Part shown: positions 1-13,608 of the stretch, piece by piece
How the letters are laid out: each line of letters begins with the position of its first letter
Numbering within the stretch: the stretch's first letter is position 1
NCBI RefSeq assembly: GCF_000150275.1
Contig: NW_002060967.1
Coordinates: 372,001 to 436,000 of the forward strand
Length of the DNA: 64,000 bases
Source of the DNA: Trichoplax adhaerens
Lineage: Eukaryota > Animalia > Placozoa
Direction: 5' to 3'
Translations under genes and position numbers: made by a program
The notes under the pieces: generated by a model
Database searches by the model: none
What the model was told of the DNA's origin: nothing
Seen by the model: the letters and a program-made list of their open reading frames with translations, nothing else

Positions 1-52
1 ATGCAACAAATCACACCGTTAGTATATTATTAGTCAGTTATACATCACCATA

Positions 53-323
53 CTAGAGCTGCACATGTGAGCCATCCAAGGCTACGCATCGTTCTACGCG
101 AACGGTAAAGTCCTCCTGGACATTATACAACATTGTTGGATTAATTGTACAAATAGCAGCTTCTATGTTACATTTAATTTCACAAAGTCATCTCCACAGT
201 TCTTACTATACACCCCTGTTGAAGGTAGCCCTATCCAAAATAATCCCAAAGAGTTCAATCGGGAGATCGTGCCGGCCATATCATATTGGCTAGTGGCGAT
301 TGACCGATCCAGCCATTAGGAAA
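53..323 (-). mobile_element. Degenerate Tc1/mariner-superfamily (Tc3/rosa/maT-like) transposase C-terminal fragment
   Basis: Manual minus-strand translation gives FPNGWIGQSPLANMIWPARSPD*TLWDYFG*GYLQQGVYSKN and, after a frameshift, KCNIEAAICTINPTMLYNVQEDFTVRVERCVALDGSHVQL*. This matches the family pattern FP.RWIG...WPPRSPDLTP.DFFLWGYLK..VY...RL..CI...GGHFE. It carries internal stops and a frameshift. Confidence 0.85.
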
Positions 324-1099
324 TGAACATAGAAATAGTCTACTACATTGAATTTCTGTGATGATACACTCCAAAAATGGCTGTAACTACTGCACGTTGA
401 TGAGCTGGTTTTACTAATTCGATAAAATAAATTTATTAAATAAATATTATAGATTTCAAATTTAGATTCATTTAGATTCGCATACATAACAGTTGAACCA
501 CTTCAAGCTATTGATAGATCAGAATCTTAGGGCTAGTCAGGCTGAAATTAGAGTCATCGATATCAATGCGGTTAATGACATTAATACTCGTTCACCTTTT
601 CATTACCTATCGTACGTATACAATAATTACAATCGAATTTCATCAATGCAATCCATCAGGAAGGTATTCGGTAACTAGGAACTTTTGAACAAAGTTCAAG
701 AATGCTATGATGACTTGACTTTAGTAGGCGATGAAACATTCGTCTCTTCTCGACGCTGCACTCATTTTTCTAGTTTCATTACTTTATGGACTGCACACTT
801 TTAAGCAAGTTCTAATGTAGGATTTCAAATTCTGTTTTGTCCAACAGAAATCTTGATAGCCACTCAGATTGGACGAGAAAGGTATTCGTTCCTTAAATGC
901 TCATACATCACTCCTGTAAACTTTGGGATTCAATGCTACTTTTCAGAGTAGCATTGAGATCGCACTATATCAGCGGTACTTTTGCAACAAAAATCATCGA
1001 CGACGAACAGTTAATTGGGCTGCAGTGATAGCAGTAGCTTATTTAAATTGCAGTGCCACTGGCTTCTTGTCACGGTAGCTCATTCCATCTTGAAAATGT

Positions 1100-2610
1100 C
1101 TGGTCTGTCGCATTGGTACGAGTATAGGCGACTTCATTTTCCCTTTAGTAATGAATACCTACTTACGGTAGAATTGAATTCTTTTCTCAATTCTAATGCA
1201 GATGCAACATCTCTTGCCTATCATCGACGCAGATCAGCAATTCTACGACTGGTCTGTCGCATTTGCATAGGCAACTTTGCTTGGCGTCTTCACTTTCCCT
1301 TCAGTAATGAATACCTACTTAGAATTGAATTGTATTCTCAATTGTAATTTCGATGCCATTTCTCTTGCCTATCATCGACGCAGATCAGGAATTTTACGAC
1401 TCGTCTGTCGCGTTTGGATAGGCAAGTTTGTTTGGCGTCTTCATTTTCCCTTCAGTAATGAACACCTACTTACTGTACTGTATATAGAATTGAATTGTAT
1501 TCTCAATTCTCTTGCCTATCATCGACGCAGATCAGAAATTTTGCGACTCGTCTGGCGTCTTCATTTTCCCTTTAGTAATGAATATCTACTCATATAGAGT
1601 TGAATTGTATTCTCAATTGCAATTTCGACGCCATTTCTCTTGCCTATCATCGACGCAGATCAGGAATTGTGGGACTTATCTGTCGCGTTTGGATAGGCAA
1701 GTTTGTCTGGCGTCTTCATTTTCCCTTCAGTAATGAAAACCTACTTATATAGAGTTGAATTGTATTCTCAATTGTAATTTCGATGCCATTTCTCTTGCCT
1801 ATCATCGACGCAGATCAGGAATTTTGCGACACGTCTGTCGCGTTTGGATAGGCAAGTTTGTTTGGCGTCTTCATTTTCCCTTCAGTAATGAACACCTACT
1901 TACTGTACTGTATATAGAATTGAATTGTATTCTCAATTCTAATGCAGATGCCATTGCTCTTGCCTATCATCGACGCAGAACAGGAATTTTACGACTCGTC
2001 TGTCGCATTTGAATAGGCAAGTTTATCTGGCGTCTTCATTTTCCCTTCAGTAATGAATATCTACTCACATAGAGTTGAATTGTATTCTCAATTGTAATTT
2101 CGATGCCATTTCTCTTGCCTATCATCGACGCAGATCAGGAATTGTGGGGCTCGTCTGTCGCGTTTGAATAGGCAAGTTTATCTGGCGTCTTCATTTTCCC
2201 TTCAGTAATGAAAACCTACTTATAAAGAGTTGGAATTGTATTCTCAATTGCAATTTCGACGCCATTTCTCTTGCCAACCATGGACGCAGATCAGGAATTG
2301 TGGGGCTCATCTATCGCGTTTGAATAGGCAAGTTTGTCTGGCGTCTTCATTTTCCCTTCAGTAATGAAAACCTACTTATAAAGAGTTGGAATTGTATTCT
2401 CAATTGCAATTTCGACGCCATTTCTCTTGCCAACCATGGACGCAGATCAGGAATTGTGGGACTCATCTGTCGCGTTTGAATAGGCAAGTTTGTCTGGCGT
2501 CTTCATTTTCCCTTCAGTAATGAAAACCTACTTATATAGAGTTAAATTGCATTCTCAATTGCAATTTCGACGCCATTTCTCTTGCCTATCGTCGACGCAG
2601 ATGAGGAATT
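1100..2610. repeat. Tandem array, ~155-bp unit, ~10 copies
   Basis: CGCAGATCAGGA-type anchor recurs at ~1379, 1654, 1809, 1975, 2129, 2285, 2441 and 2596. The ORF track shows the repeated peptide ISLAYHRRRSGILRLVCR in shifting frames. Confidence 0.95.
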
Positions 2611-3268
2611 TGACGGCTCCGGCATAGAGGCAAAATGGACTCCACAAGTAGCGGTGGTGCATTCCATGTTGAGCGCATGCGCTATTGAGGAATCCTCCAG
2701 AATTAGCCAGTGGACTGTGGAAACTTGGGCCAACTCTCCAATAGAAGAAATCGACTAATGGCCGCTAGAGCTCAAAGTGTTGCCAGTGACTATTTAAAGT
2801 GAATTCGTGTTGGCATGATGGACAGACAATCCATAAGAGTACTGTAGTCTGTTGCAAGGGAGAAAATTGGAATGAATGAACCAAGTGGCAAGGCATAACG
2901 GTGCTGTCTATTCTTGTCTACCAGAGTATTGCATCCATCGCTTTGACTGCACTACAGGCCTTGCTGACGGTGTTGAAGAAAACATTTGCCCAAAGGGGAT
3001 TTCCAAGTGGTGGAAAAGCCAAAGGATGTTGGCGTAGTGGTTGTTTCTTCCTTCATTGGCGATCAGGTACGCTATTGCTTTCAATTCACTGTCAGTGTTG
3101 ACGAGTAGAGCATCCACTGTAAAAGGTCAATCTATCATACTTGACATGTCGAGACGGCAAGAAAAGGCTACCATGGAGCACTTTGATTTATTTCTCCACT
3201 CTTTTTGTGCCTTGATGTGCAACTCGTCCACTGTCCAATCATTACAATCATACTTGTAGTAGATCGAA

Positions 3269-3460
3269 AAGTCCATGTCATGGGTAGGATTATAGTTTGC
3301 AAGTCCATGTCAAGGGTAGGATTATAGTTTGCAAGTCCATGTCATGGATAGGATTGTCGATGGCAAGTCCATGTCATGGATAGGATTGTCGTTGGCAAGT
3401 CCATGTCATGGATAGGATTGTCGTTGGTAAGTCCATCGCATGGATAGAATTGTCGTTGAA
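3269..3460. repeat. Minisatellite, 32-bp unit, ~6 copies
   Basis: AAGTCCATGTCATGG(G/A)TAGGATT... recurs at 3269, 3301, 3333, 3365, 3397 and 3429. Confidence 0.93.
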
Positions 3461-4539
3461 CTAACATGATAGACTAGTGGACTGCTCAAAGAGATTCATT
3501 CTTTCTCCACTTATCGTCCATTCTCTTCCATCTTACTTTTGACAAAATACTGTAAATGCCCTTGACCATTTTCAACAACAATTTGTTAAAAGGATAACGA
3601 CTAGTCAATGGCATGAGTTCTACTATCCTATAAACAAACGTAATCATCAAAAGTATTTGACAATAAATAAAAGTGGATTGCATTTTTGCTGTCCATTCTG
3701 TAATGTCCTTGACTATTTTCAACAATAATTGCCACACACTCTCTCATTGAAAGCCATTATAGGACATTGGTATTTTCTTTCCTTTCTTCCTTGTTAAAAG
3801 GATGATGGCTAGTCAATGACATTTATTAGACTATCCTATCCTTCATCATTGCTCCTCTACTCAGTATAAATTGCCTGAAAATTGAACACGCCATCATTGA
3901 AGTAACTTGCTCATGCATAACCTGATGCAATATTGGTTATTTGCTGCTTTTTTTATCTGTTTTCTTTGGCTTCCATCCATCAAAACCATGCGAGATGAGA
4001 ATGCAGGAGTGTCGCCTGGGTAATAATCTCTTACTATTAGATTAAATTGTCGGCGACCAGCAATGGAATGCAGTGTTATCAACTAATCTTGTATTCTCGA
4101 CAAATATGGCCAACATGTTTTTCTGTTCTTGAACCCAGTACCGGCCCGGACTGATTACCAATTTTTTGGATGACAAATTCATACACTAATTGACTAATAT
4201 CCAATGCACCATGATGAACTAATAGGTAGTTGTGCACCATAGGCAGGTAGGTAGGTAATGATGATTTAAATGTAGCAGGTATTGCTCCATAACATCGCAA
4301 TCCACTACAAATTCCAATTTGTTCAAGTTGTATGCTAGAATATCATGCCGAGCTTCGATGAAATCCACACATGCAAGATCTTGCAAATGAAATGATGATC
4401 ATTCATTAACAATCTCTTGATAAACTTGACACTTGTTAATTGGTTCATTAATGAACAGTAAAAACGAAACCAATTACTCTACAGTACTGTAGTACACTGT
4501 TGAGATTCCCAAAATAAACAAGTTTCTGCAGGGGTAAGG

Positions 4540-4772
4540 GAAAGACAAAACTGTCCCTACCAATGTCAACTTGATAGGCGCAGTCTTTGAAAAATATTGA
4601 CTCTTCAAACAAGTCTCTGCATAGGTATGGAAAGAAAAGACTGTGGCTATCAATGTCAACTTGATAGGCCCAGACTTTGAAAAATATTGACTCTTCAAAC
4701 AAGTCTCTGCATGGGTATGGAATGAAAAGACTGTGGCTACCAATGTCAACTTGATAGGCACAGGCTTTGATA
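4540..4772. repeat. Tandem repeat, 90-bp unit, ~2.6 copies
   Basis: CAATGTCAACTTGATAGGC at 4561, 4651 and 4741. Confidence 0.92.
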
Positions 4773-4794
4773 AACACTCACTATTAAGTTAAGA

Positions 4795-5475
4795 ATCAAC
4801 GAGCTGATACTAAAAGTTTTGATTTTAAATTACCTGGATAAGATACTTGTAAACAAATTAATGACTACGATAAGGCTAAAAAGGAATCGTTATACATACC
4901 AGTCGTTGACGAGCTGATATTAAAAGAGCTCGGCTGCGGTAATGAAAGACTACTAGAACTTAACGAGTTCATGCTGCAAGAGTTAGACTTTTTAACGACG
5001 ACGACGATAGGATACTCGTACGTCTATCAATTAGGGCACTACTACTGTAGAAAGTGAAAAGGAACGTGTGGGCACACTAGTAATCAAGAAAGAGTTGGAC
5101 TACGACGATAGGATACTCGTATGCTCATTAATTACTGTACCACTACAAGGTTCAAAAGCAATCGGTGTGCACACCACCAAAATTAATTGCTACTGTAAGG
5201 CTAAAATGGAAGGTATGCACACCGGTAAGGACATAATTAATCAATCAACGATCTGACCATAGGATAATCATATACTAATTCATTACGAATAAGGTTGACA
5301 TTATAAAAAGAAATCGGTGTGCACACTGCACATCATCAGCACCAGTCATAATTACTGTATATAATACGATCAACGAGCTGATGCTGCAAAAAGTTCCAAT
5401 TTTGGAACGACGATAATAGGATACTCTCTCACACTAATTAATGACTACGATAAGGTTAAAAAGAAATCAATGTAC
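4795..5475. repeat. Degenerate repeat array
   Basis: Recurrent motifs: ACGAGCTGAT (~4799, 4909, 5373), TAATGACTACGATAAGG (~4859, 5439), GACGATAGGATACTCGTA (~5002, 5104) and AATCGGTGTGCACAC (~5160, 5312). Confidence 0.7.
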
Positions 5476-6109
5476 ACACGAGGGATTCTCCACCAGCTGA
5501 ATAGCACAGGCAAAATCTTGCTACAGAGAAAATGGGACAATGAGTAAGGCCTGACAATTCCGAATATAACGAGGAAAGCTGTGAGGAGTGTTTAAATGTT
5601 TCTCGTGAGATTCAAAATAGAAAAACGAGGATGCAAGCGAAAGAAATTGAACAATAATTCATATCATCGTGTAATTGAAATCGATATAGACAGTAATAGC
5701 ATTTTTTCCACTGTGAGTAGTCAATAGATCTGTCGATGGCTGCTTCTTGTTGATGGTTTCCAACATTGCATTTAAAAAAATCATGGCTAGTCTTGCTTTC
5801 AATTGACAGTTGATCAGTGTCATCGATTGGATATTGATTATCACTATGCAAACATTTGTTTTCCTTGATTAAAGGGATATAATACAGCATGAGATTTGAT
5901 AGTGGATATTGACTCACTGTAATCAAATCACTATCCGACAGGCACGAGTTGATTTCCATTACATGAGAATAGTGTCGGTAAGGAATGATTCGTATGACGA
6001 ATCGAAAATAAGAAACATTTGTAAACCTTATTTTGACTACTCTTCTCTCTTAACAGTACACAACTAGATCAATTATCGTAGTGTATCAATAGCTATTGGA
6101 TCTTGAGTG

Positions 6110-9100
6110 ATGGCCTATGCAAACTTGGATGGGGACAACTCCGTCACTTCCAGTACTGCTGTCGATGATGAAAATAGAAGATTTCCAAGACATCAGCAAG
6201 ATCAAAATGGGTACGAAGATAGAACTGCAAGTATTACATGTCTTATACCAGCCATCAGGCAATAGAAATAATCGATAAATATGTACAGTAATGCAGAGTA
6301 CACCTTAGCCAATCGAGTCTAATTGATGGATAGGCTTTATATATTACAGCTTACTGGTTTACTTATATGCCTTGCCAACATCTGCAAAGATGCTACTGAA
6401 AATAAATAATATATAATGAATGGATGACCATGCGCTGGATTTGTTGTTAACCGTATGGATTCCATGTTCTGAGAATGTTATCGACTTGACGTAATTTACA
6501 GGAGTACTACTGTACAAGTATAAATCGATCCGTTGACAGGCTACTTTGCTATTTACTAGACAAGTCAATCAGCTATCTTAGTACACTACTCCAGCAAAAC
6601 TTTCAATAAATCATTATAATTATGATTCACTTGAACCCCTACCAGACAAGACGATTACAAAAATATTCCTTTGCAATGCTCTGATATACGCGTATAGATA
6701 TATGTAATGGCAGTGCACTAGATTTCCTTTGCTCTCGAAAATATAAATAGGGTATTCTTGGCTAAGCCAATGATACTGACTTAAAAAGTATAAAATTATT
6801 GACAGTATAGTCTACTGTCAATAGATTACTTATAACCTATTTGTATCTATATACCATTTAGGTCTTGCAATGTAGTAGAAAGAAAATTAAATCATTCCCT
6901 AGGTAAGATTTATTTGGTAGCTAGCATAGACGTATATTAAAACTGAGTTTTTATCCATAGTGATTGTCACGTTGATTGTAAATTAAAAATAATTATCACT
7001 CGATCCTTAATCATTACGGAAAGGGAGATGTATGCTTTCATGGTGTATTACATTGCTAGATTATCTTGTCGATTTGATTGAATTATGCTCTCCAATCTTA
7101 ATAGACCGAATGATTATTATCAATAGAATTACTGCAGTAATAATAGTGTATTAATATTCACGTAAAGAACCATTACAGTATTACTCGTATCTACTTTACA
7201 ATTTAAGAATGCTATCATTCTATCAATCGCCAATATACAGTAAATCATTGATTGCTATATGAGTTTAGTTTATCATTAATACTCGTATTACGTTATGTTA
7301 TAAAAATGATTACAAATTATTGCGTATTGCTGCAAAATGTTGGATGGATCGATAAACTTGATTAGCTTATTATATAACCTCAGAATTAACTCAAAGAATA
7401 CCTTCATTTAGTCATCAATCTGACATTCATATACTGTACTATGACGCTCTACTTACAAACTCTTGATATCTCGTAGCGAGAAGAAAAGAATGTAGTCGAT
7501 TTTTACATGGCATCATTAACAATCTTCAATCAGAAATAAGTCAAGGCTCCAGCAGTATAAATTATAATCGTAGGAATAGTTTTGACAGGTAAGATCATGA
7601 AGAACTTGCCACCGATCTGTGTACTGGTTGTACATGGGTTTCTAAATCCTATTCATTATATTTCAATACTTAGTACGATCAATTTTTGTGATGATAGTGG
7701 TGGACACTCGACGTCAGGGACAAAAGCTCCTTTATTTAATTCCTCATTTAAACCTTCAACATCATCATTATTTCGACCTTATAATGCCAACTCTTCAATG
7801 GTATCCAAAGCAGCTACATTAAATCATATCTATACTAAATCTTCAGACTGGCAACATTTCAATCGTCATGAAAGTAATAGTCATGACCTTATTAAAGAGA
7901 CAAAGTCTAAATACCGGTATTTATGCTGTAGTCAATAATTATTTCCTGTTGTCTATTCTTTGATATATAAAATTGTAAACTTAATTAAGAAAGACAATAG
8001 GTCATAATTTCATGCACATTAATAGCAGTCCAAAGTAGTAATAAAACCATTTTTTGTATAGCCTTTATGCTTCGGTACGTACAATTATTAAGAAAGGAGT
8101 ATATCGAGATCTTAATGTATTAATAGTATCGTATCCCAAAGTAGTAATAAAACCACTTTTTGTATAGCCTTTATGCTTCGGTACATACAATTATTAAAAA
8201 AGGAGTACGTCATGATGTTAATGGATTAATAGGATCGTATCCCTAAGTAATAACAAATATTTCTTGTAGTTATTGCGCTTCAGTGCATACCATTATTAAG
8301 GAAAGAAATACGTCATTACCTAATTTATCAATTAATGAATTAATTAATCAATCAATCAATCATGTTTTCTTGGCTAACAACGATTTCCTATAGTCGCTAT
8401 ACATCATTACGTCAAAAATCTTCAATATTGTGTGAAACTCGTATTCTTGCTAAATGGACAAATGATATTTGGTATCGAGGTACAAGATACTTATTATGCT
8501 ACGTGATAGAGTTTATCACTATCAATACAACATCAATCCATTATTAGATCATTATTTAAGCACATCAAAAATATAATAATTGTTTTACATACTTATGTCA
8601 TATAGTTCAATACGACGGTATTACTCAAACAGAAGCTGGCACGGTAAGATAATCATAATCAACGTTGTCCATTTTCAAAAGAATATTATGATCGTGAAAA
8701 AAGCCTTATTGAAGAGAATTTTGTATTACTTTGTGAACGATTTATTCGTAATTTCGAGTAATAAATTTTAAATATTGTAGCAATTTAAGGTCAGATTCAG
8801 TAGAAGTATTAATTATTATGGTGGTGCTATTATTCTCCCTGGTCATCATGTCGCTTGCGCGTCGCGAGCTGAAGAACTCTTCGTGGGTTGTAGAGGAGTA
8901 GGTAAACATGTGCCAAGTAACGACCTCGGATATTATGTTAATAAAAACTTATTGAATAAATGTAATTGAATGGTAAATATTTACCGTTCTAATTTTATAA
9001 ATTTATCTATCATATTACTATTCTTTGTAGCCAACTATTCCCAGTGTGGAGTATATTACGGATGTATTATTGTTGAAAAACCTTGCTTCAATAATGGATT

Positions 9101-12100
9101 TAGGTAATTTAAAAAATGACCTACTAAGGTAGCTTACTGTGTTTTGATTTCAACTAATTTATTTGTGGTCATTAATGATCGTAAAATAATCAAGGTATTT
9201 AGTTTTCTTTGATGATGGCTTCGCTGAATATTTCCCAGCAAAAGAAATTTACAGAGTTATTGATGCTGAAGGTAAATTACTAACATTTTTTATAATCATG
9301 GCATATAAATTGAATGTAAAATCCTTTATTCATGTGTACTCGATAAATGTATTAGGAAATGATTTCTGGAATGATCTGAAATTTGAGATGCGAGAATTTG
9401 TCCATCGATATTTGGAGATATATCCCAACGTTAGTTGACAGCGGTATAGCTTAGAAGCTTTGGTACCGCAATTAATTTTAACTTACAATTTTCAAAATTG
9501 CGCTTCTAAAATTATCATAGATACCCATGATTGACTGTAAAATTGGTCAAAAAGTTATTCTAGAGAGGGAAGGAAAATGGTAAGAGTTTCTTTTTCTTAT
9601 TCAACTTAAATTATGTAGAACAGTGACGCATAAATCATTAAATGTATACTGTAGACTTGTAATTGCATAAGTTTATTTACTGTTAATACAGGTTAAATGC
9701 TAAAATTATCGATATCGATGGTAATCTTCTCAAGGTGCGTAATTCCATAGTCAACTCATATACTCGTATAGCATTAAAATAATTCAATACCATTAGTTAG
9801 TATGTAGATTGGAGTCATTAGTTTTTTTGACGTTATTTAGATAATTTTTGAAAATGACAAGAGAACGGAATGGGTTTATCGTGGCTCTCCTCGACTGAGA
9901 CCGCTATATGACCAACTCGTAAGAAAATGTATAATACGTGTATCACGACGTCACAGATTTGATTATTGAATATTATGTTGTAGTCTCTAGCCTAACATAC
10001 ATAATCTTAATCGTTACACTTTTAATTAAGGCACTTTTTTAGGAGTTATTTATCAACGCTAATATGATTGTGTTATAACGCTATATTAAAGGTTGAATGT
10101 GGCGGAATATACAATCTAGCAAAATGTATCACTCCCAGCTATCGGAATGGTGCTTATATTTCTCCGAGACAGTTATTATCATCAACCAAATTAACTCGGA
10201 TTGACCAACGGGATAGAGTGAATAGCTTTGAAGATGATCACAACGACCTAAAACCAGAGTCTAAAAATAGTAGTAATAGTCTCGAATATCCTAGTCAATG
10301 TGACGAGATAGGTACCGGTCAATTCTATGTAGACGAACGAGAAATCAAAAGACATAATCCACTAACCATCCCAAAATTATTTGGATGGAAGAGGTAGCCT
10401 TTTCTAATCATATCGTGTTATAGGATGTGAAATTGTTGAATTAACGAATACATTTTATTTAATTTTGAGGATTATCATGAAAAGAAGGGGATCAAACGTT
10501 AAGAGAGATGTTTATTATCGTACCAAATGTGGTAAAACTCTGGTAAGGTTGCATTGATACTTTAAATATGTTTTAGATGTTCTCTGACGGAAGATTTACT
10601 TTTGGACATTAACTTTCATCTGTCAAATTTAAAGCGCGATATAACAGAAGTGGAACAGTACTGTATGTAAACTACATCGTCGTATTTACTCAGATTATCG
10701 TCTTAAATAGATTTACTTCTGTAGTAGTTGAAATAATGTTTATTTTATGTCTATTTTAGTGCGGATGACGAATACAACTAACGTTTGCATTGATCAGTTT
10801 TGTTTCGACCCTTACGTCTTTGCCTGTGATTCTGTTATTGAAAGGAGTAGGGTAAGATAATGCAAGAATTCAACTTTATCGAATAAATACATTTCTTCAT
10901 ATAAATATTTTCCTTTATGAGAGTAACCGATCTAATAGGTAGCCTTAGTTGGATTCTAATGGTAATTCTATACCTGATATGTTGTTACTTCTTGTTAGCC
11001 CCTCTCTGTAAATATTCCTGATATTACATATGGTAAAGAAAGGATGCCCATTGCTGTTAGTATATACAATATCTTGCATTTCTTCGTTATATTAAATACT
11101 TTAGACTGACTGAATAACCATTTTTAATTTGACATAAATATAGTGTGTTAATGAGGCCAATAGTGAGTTACCCAATGCTTTTGAATACGTTACCCAACGT
11201 CTATATTCAGATGGCGTTAAAATAGACTTGGATGAAGGCTTTCTGTTATGTTGTGATTGCGACGATAACTGTTCGGTAAGTTTATTTTTAAAGGAGAAAG
11301 GATAATGCACTATATTACAATCTACAAGATCAACTTTAAAGACTATTTGATTCGGTTTAGGATGCAAGTAAATGCATTTGTAGACAGTTGACCAAAGTTT
11401 CATTTGAGGCTGTTACTGGTAGAAATGGTGAACATATCGGCTATCATCACAGACGATTAGCTGAAAGGGTTATTAGCGGGTAAAAGCTTTTAGTATTTTA
11501 TACACTTACCTAAATATTATCTGCATTCTAATTAAATGTATACGTATAACATTTATGGACATACTTTTTAATTACTGATTATCTTTGGATTAATCAATAG
11601 GATATACGAATGTAATAATAAATGCGCTTGTAGCAACAGTAACCAGTGTTATAATAGAGTCATTCAAAATGGAGTACAAGTACGTATGGAAGTATTCAAC
11701 ACCAACGACCCTAGAGGTTGGGGTGTTCGGACTATTGATTGCATTCCAAAAGGTGCCTTTGTCTCAGTATATTCAGGTATAATCTTAACGGATGAACTCG
11801 CTAATAAGGTAATTGATTCGTAAAAGACTCATTTATGATTTTATCAAGACCTACGGACGCAATAGAATGCTTAATACGTATTGCTTTATGTTTAATAGAA
11901 AGGTCTCGATCATGGCGATGAATATCTAATAAATTTAGATCTAATAGGTAATTTACAGAATTTGGTAGAAGCCATTTAATGTAATCAATTTGTTAATAAA
12001 GAGAATGAAGTTATTTATAAAATGAAAATTTATTTTACGGTAGATTCAGCAGAAAGATATAAGAAAGATGGATATGAAACTGAAGTCAATCTAGGATCTG

Positions 12101-13608
12101 ATAGCCAAGACTCGTCTGGTAGTTACGAGCTGATTTCGGAGTATGTATGCCATATTATAATCAAATTATAACAAACTTTGTTTAACCTAAATGATATATC
12201 GTTGTTTAGATCTACTGTTTCTGAATACAGTAGCGATAACTCCTCTAAGGTAAGCCTAATGATTGCTTTCAGATAATTTGATGAAGCTATTTGTAACTAA
12301 ATATCAACCGTGGCCTTGCACGCATCAATAATTAATGATTGTAGATATTAGATTTGATACCTGATGATAGTGGGACCGATAATACTGAAATTGAAGAATC
12401 TATAGAGTTGTAAGTATTATAATTGACACAGAATTGGAGATAATATATTTCTATTACATGATTTGACGAAGAGATTGATTGATTCATCATCATTACTCCT
12501 ACGAACAAACGATCAAATAGGGCCTATAATGTGAATGATGCTGAGCATTGTAGTACTAACGATGTACCGATAACGGTGAACGACAAACTGAAGAATGTAA
12601 TTACAGAAAGTGTCAGCTAGAGTATTAATAGTGTTGATAATAATGAATATATTACTGGCATTGATAGTGAATAGGAAAGATTGCCTAGTTCTGATGTACT
12701 ATCATTAGTAAATGATGTTGATGATGATGCTTATAAATTGAATTATATGTCAATACTGAAGCTTTCTTTCTCTACGTTACTGCTTTAAAAATCAATAGTC
12801 CGTTAGGGAGGTTCGTAGAGAATTGCGTTCATATTTCAACGAGATTGAACCCTATACGATTGATGCTAAAATGTTTGGTAATGTTAGTCGTTTCTATAAT
12901 GTAAGTCAACTTTTCTATGAACATGTATTCTTATCTATTGCCTATAATTGATGATTACTAGCTGTCTTTAAAATTATTTCTGCATTTTGCTGTATTAGTG
13001 CAATTGACGTTTTTGTTATTTTTCTCTTTATTTAGCATAGTTGTAATCCAAATTTATTTGTGCAAACAGTGTTTGCAGATTCTCACGATTTGCGGTTTCC
13101 ATGGATTGCTTTCTTTGCAGCAAAGTAAGTTAAGATAGACAGTAAAAATGCGTCATCATCAATTTTATTGTTAATACATACCCAATCCAGCAAACGATAT
13201 TAATTAATTAATTATGTAATTGTTTCCTTTTGAATATAAAACATATTTTATATGATTAAATTAAATGAAATCTAAAATTTCTAATATTGGATATTGTAAC
13301 CATACTCGTATTTCATTATTCTTATAAAAAAAATCATGCTATTCATTTTTGCCTATTGTTCCTAAAATTGTATGACGTTAACGTAAATGTCATATAAAAA
13401 ATAATTAAGATACTAGATGCTGTCTATCGATTTATCATTACATCTAGCTGATTTTCATATTATAAGACATTTTTGTATTGTTGTTGGTAGCTATATACGA
13501 GCTGGCACAGAATTGACGTGGGATTATGGTTATAAGATCGGTAGTGTGGAAGGAAAGCAATTTGTTTGTCACTGCAAAGCCAAAAACTGCAGAGGAAGAC
13601 TATATTAA
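6110..13608 (+). CDS. SETDB1: Histone H3K9 methyltransferase SETDB1/ESET/eggless-like (multi-exon; start codon tentative)
   Basis: GT-AG exons spell the family domains in order. Tudor region: [42 protein letters not shown]: [12 protein letters not shown]...[15 protein letters not shown]...DQFCFDPYV. Pre-SET: DITYGKE...CCDCDDNC...[10 protein letters not shown]. Bifurcated SET: [21 protein letters not shown]...GDEYL, then an acidic insert, then [20 protein letters not shown]...[11 protein letters not shown]...ELTWDYGY. Post-SET: [13 protein letters not shown]. Confidence 0.95.
8029..8310. repeat. Intronic tandem repeat, ~106-bp unit, ~3 copies
   Basis: CCAAAGTAGTAATAAAACCA..TTTTGTATAGCCTTTATGCTTCGGTAC at ~8029 and ~8135, with a degenerate third copy at ~8240. 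Confidence 0.85.

Noticed and set aside
1015-2012. Repetitive ORFs in the 155-bp array as a repeat protein
   Set aside because: The unit length is not a multiple of 3, and frames shift and stop between copies.
3269-3460. 32-bp repeats as a CRISPR array
   Set aside because: The units are head-to-tail with no unique spacers, there are no cas genes, and the context is eukaryotic. The same applies to the other arrays.
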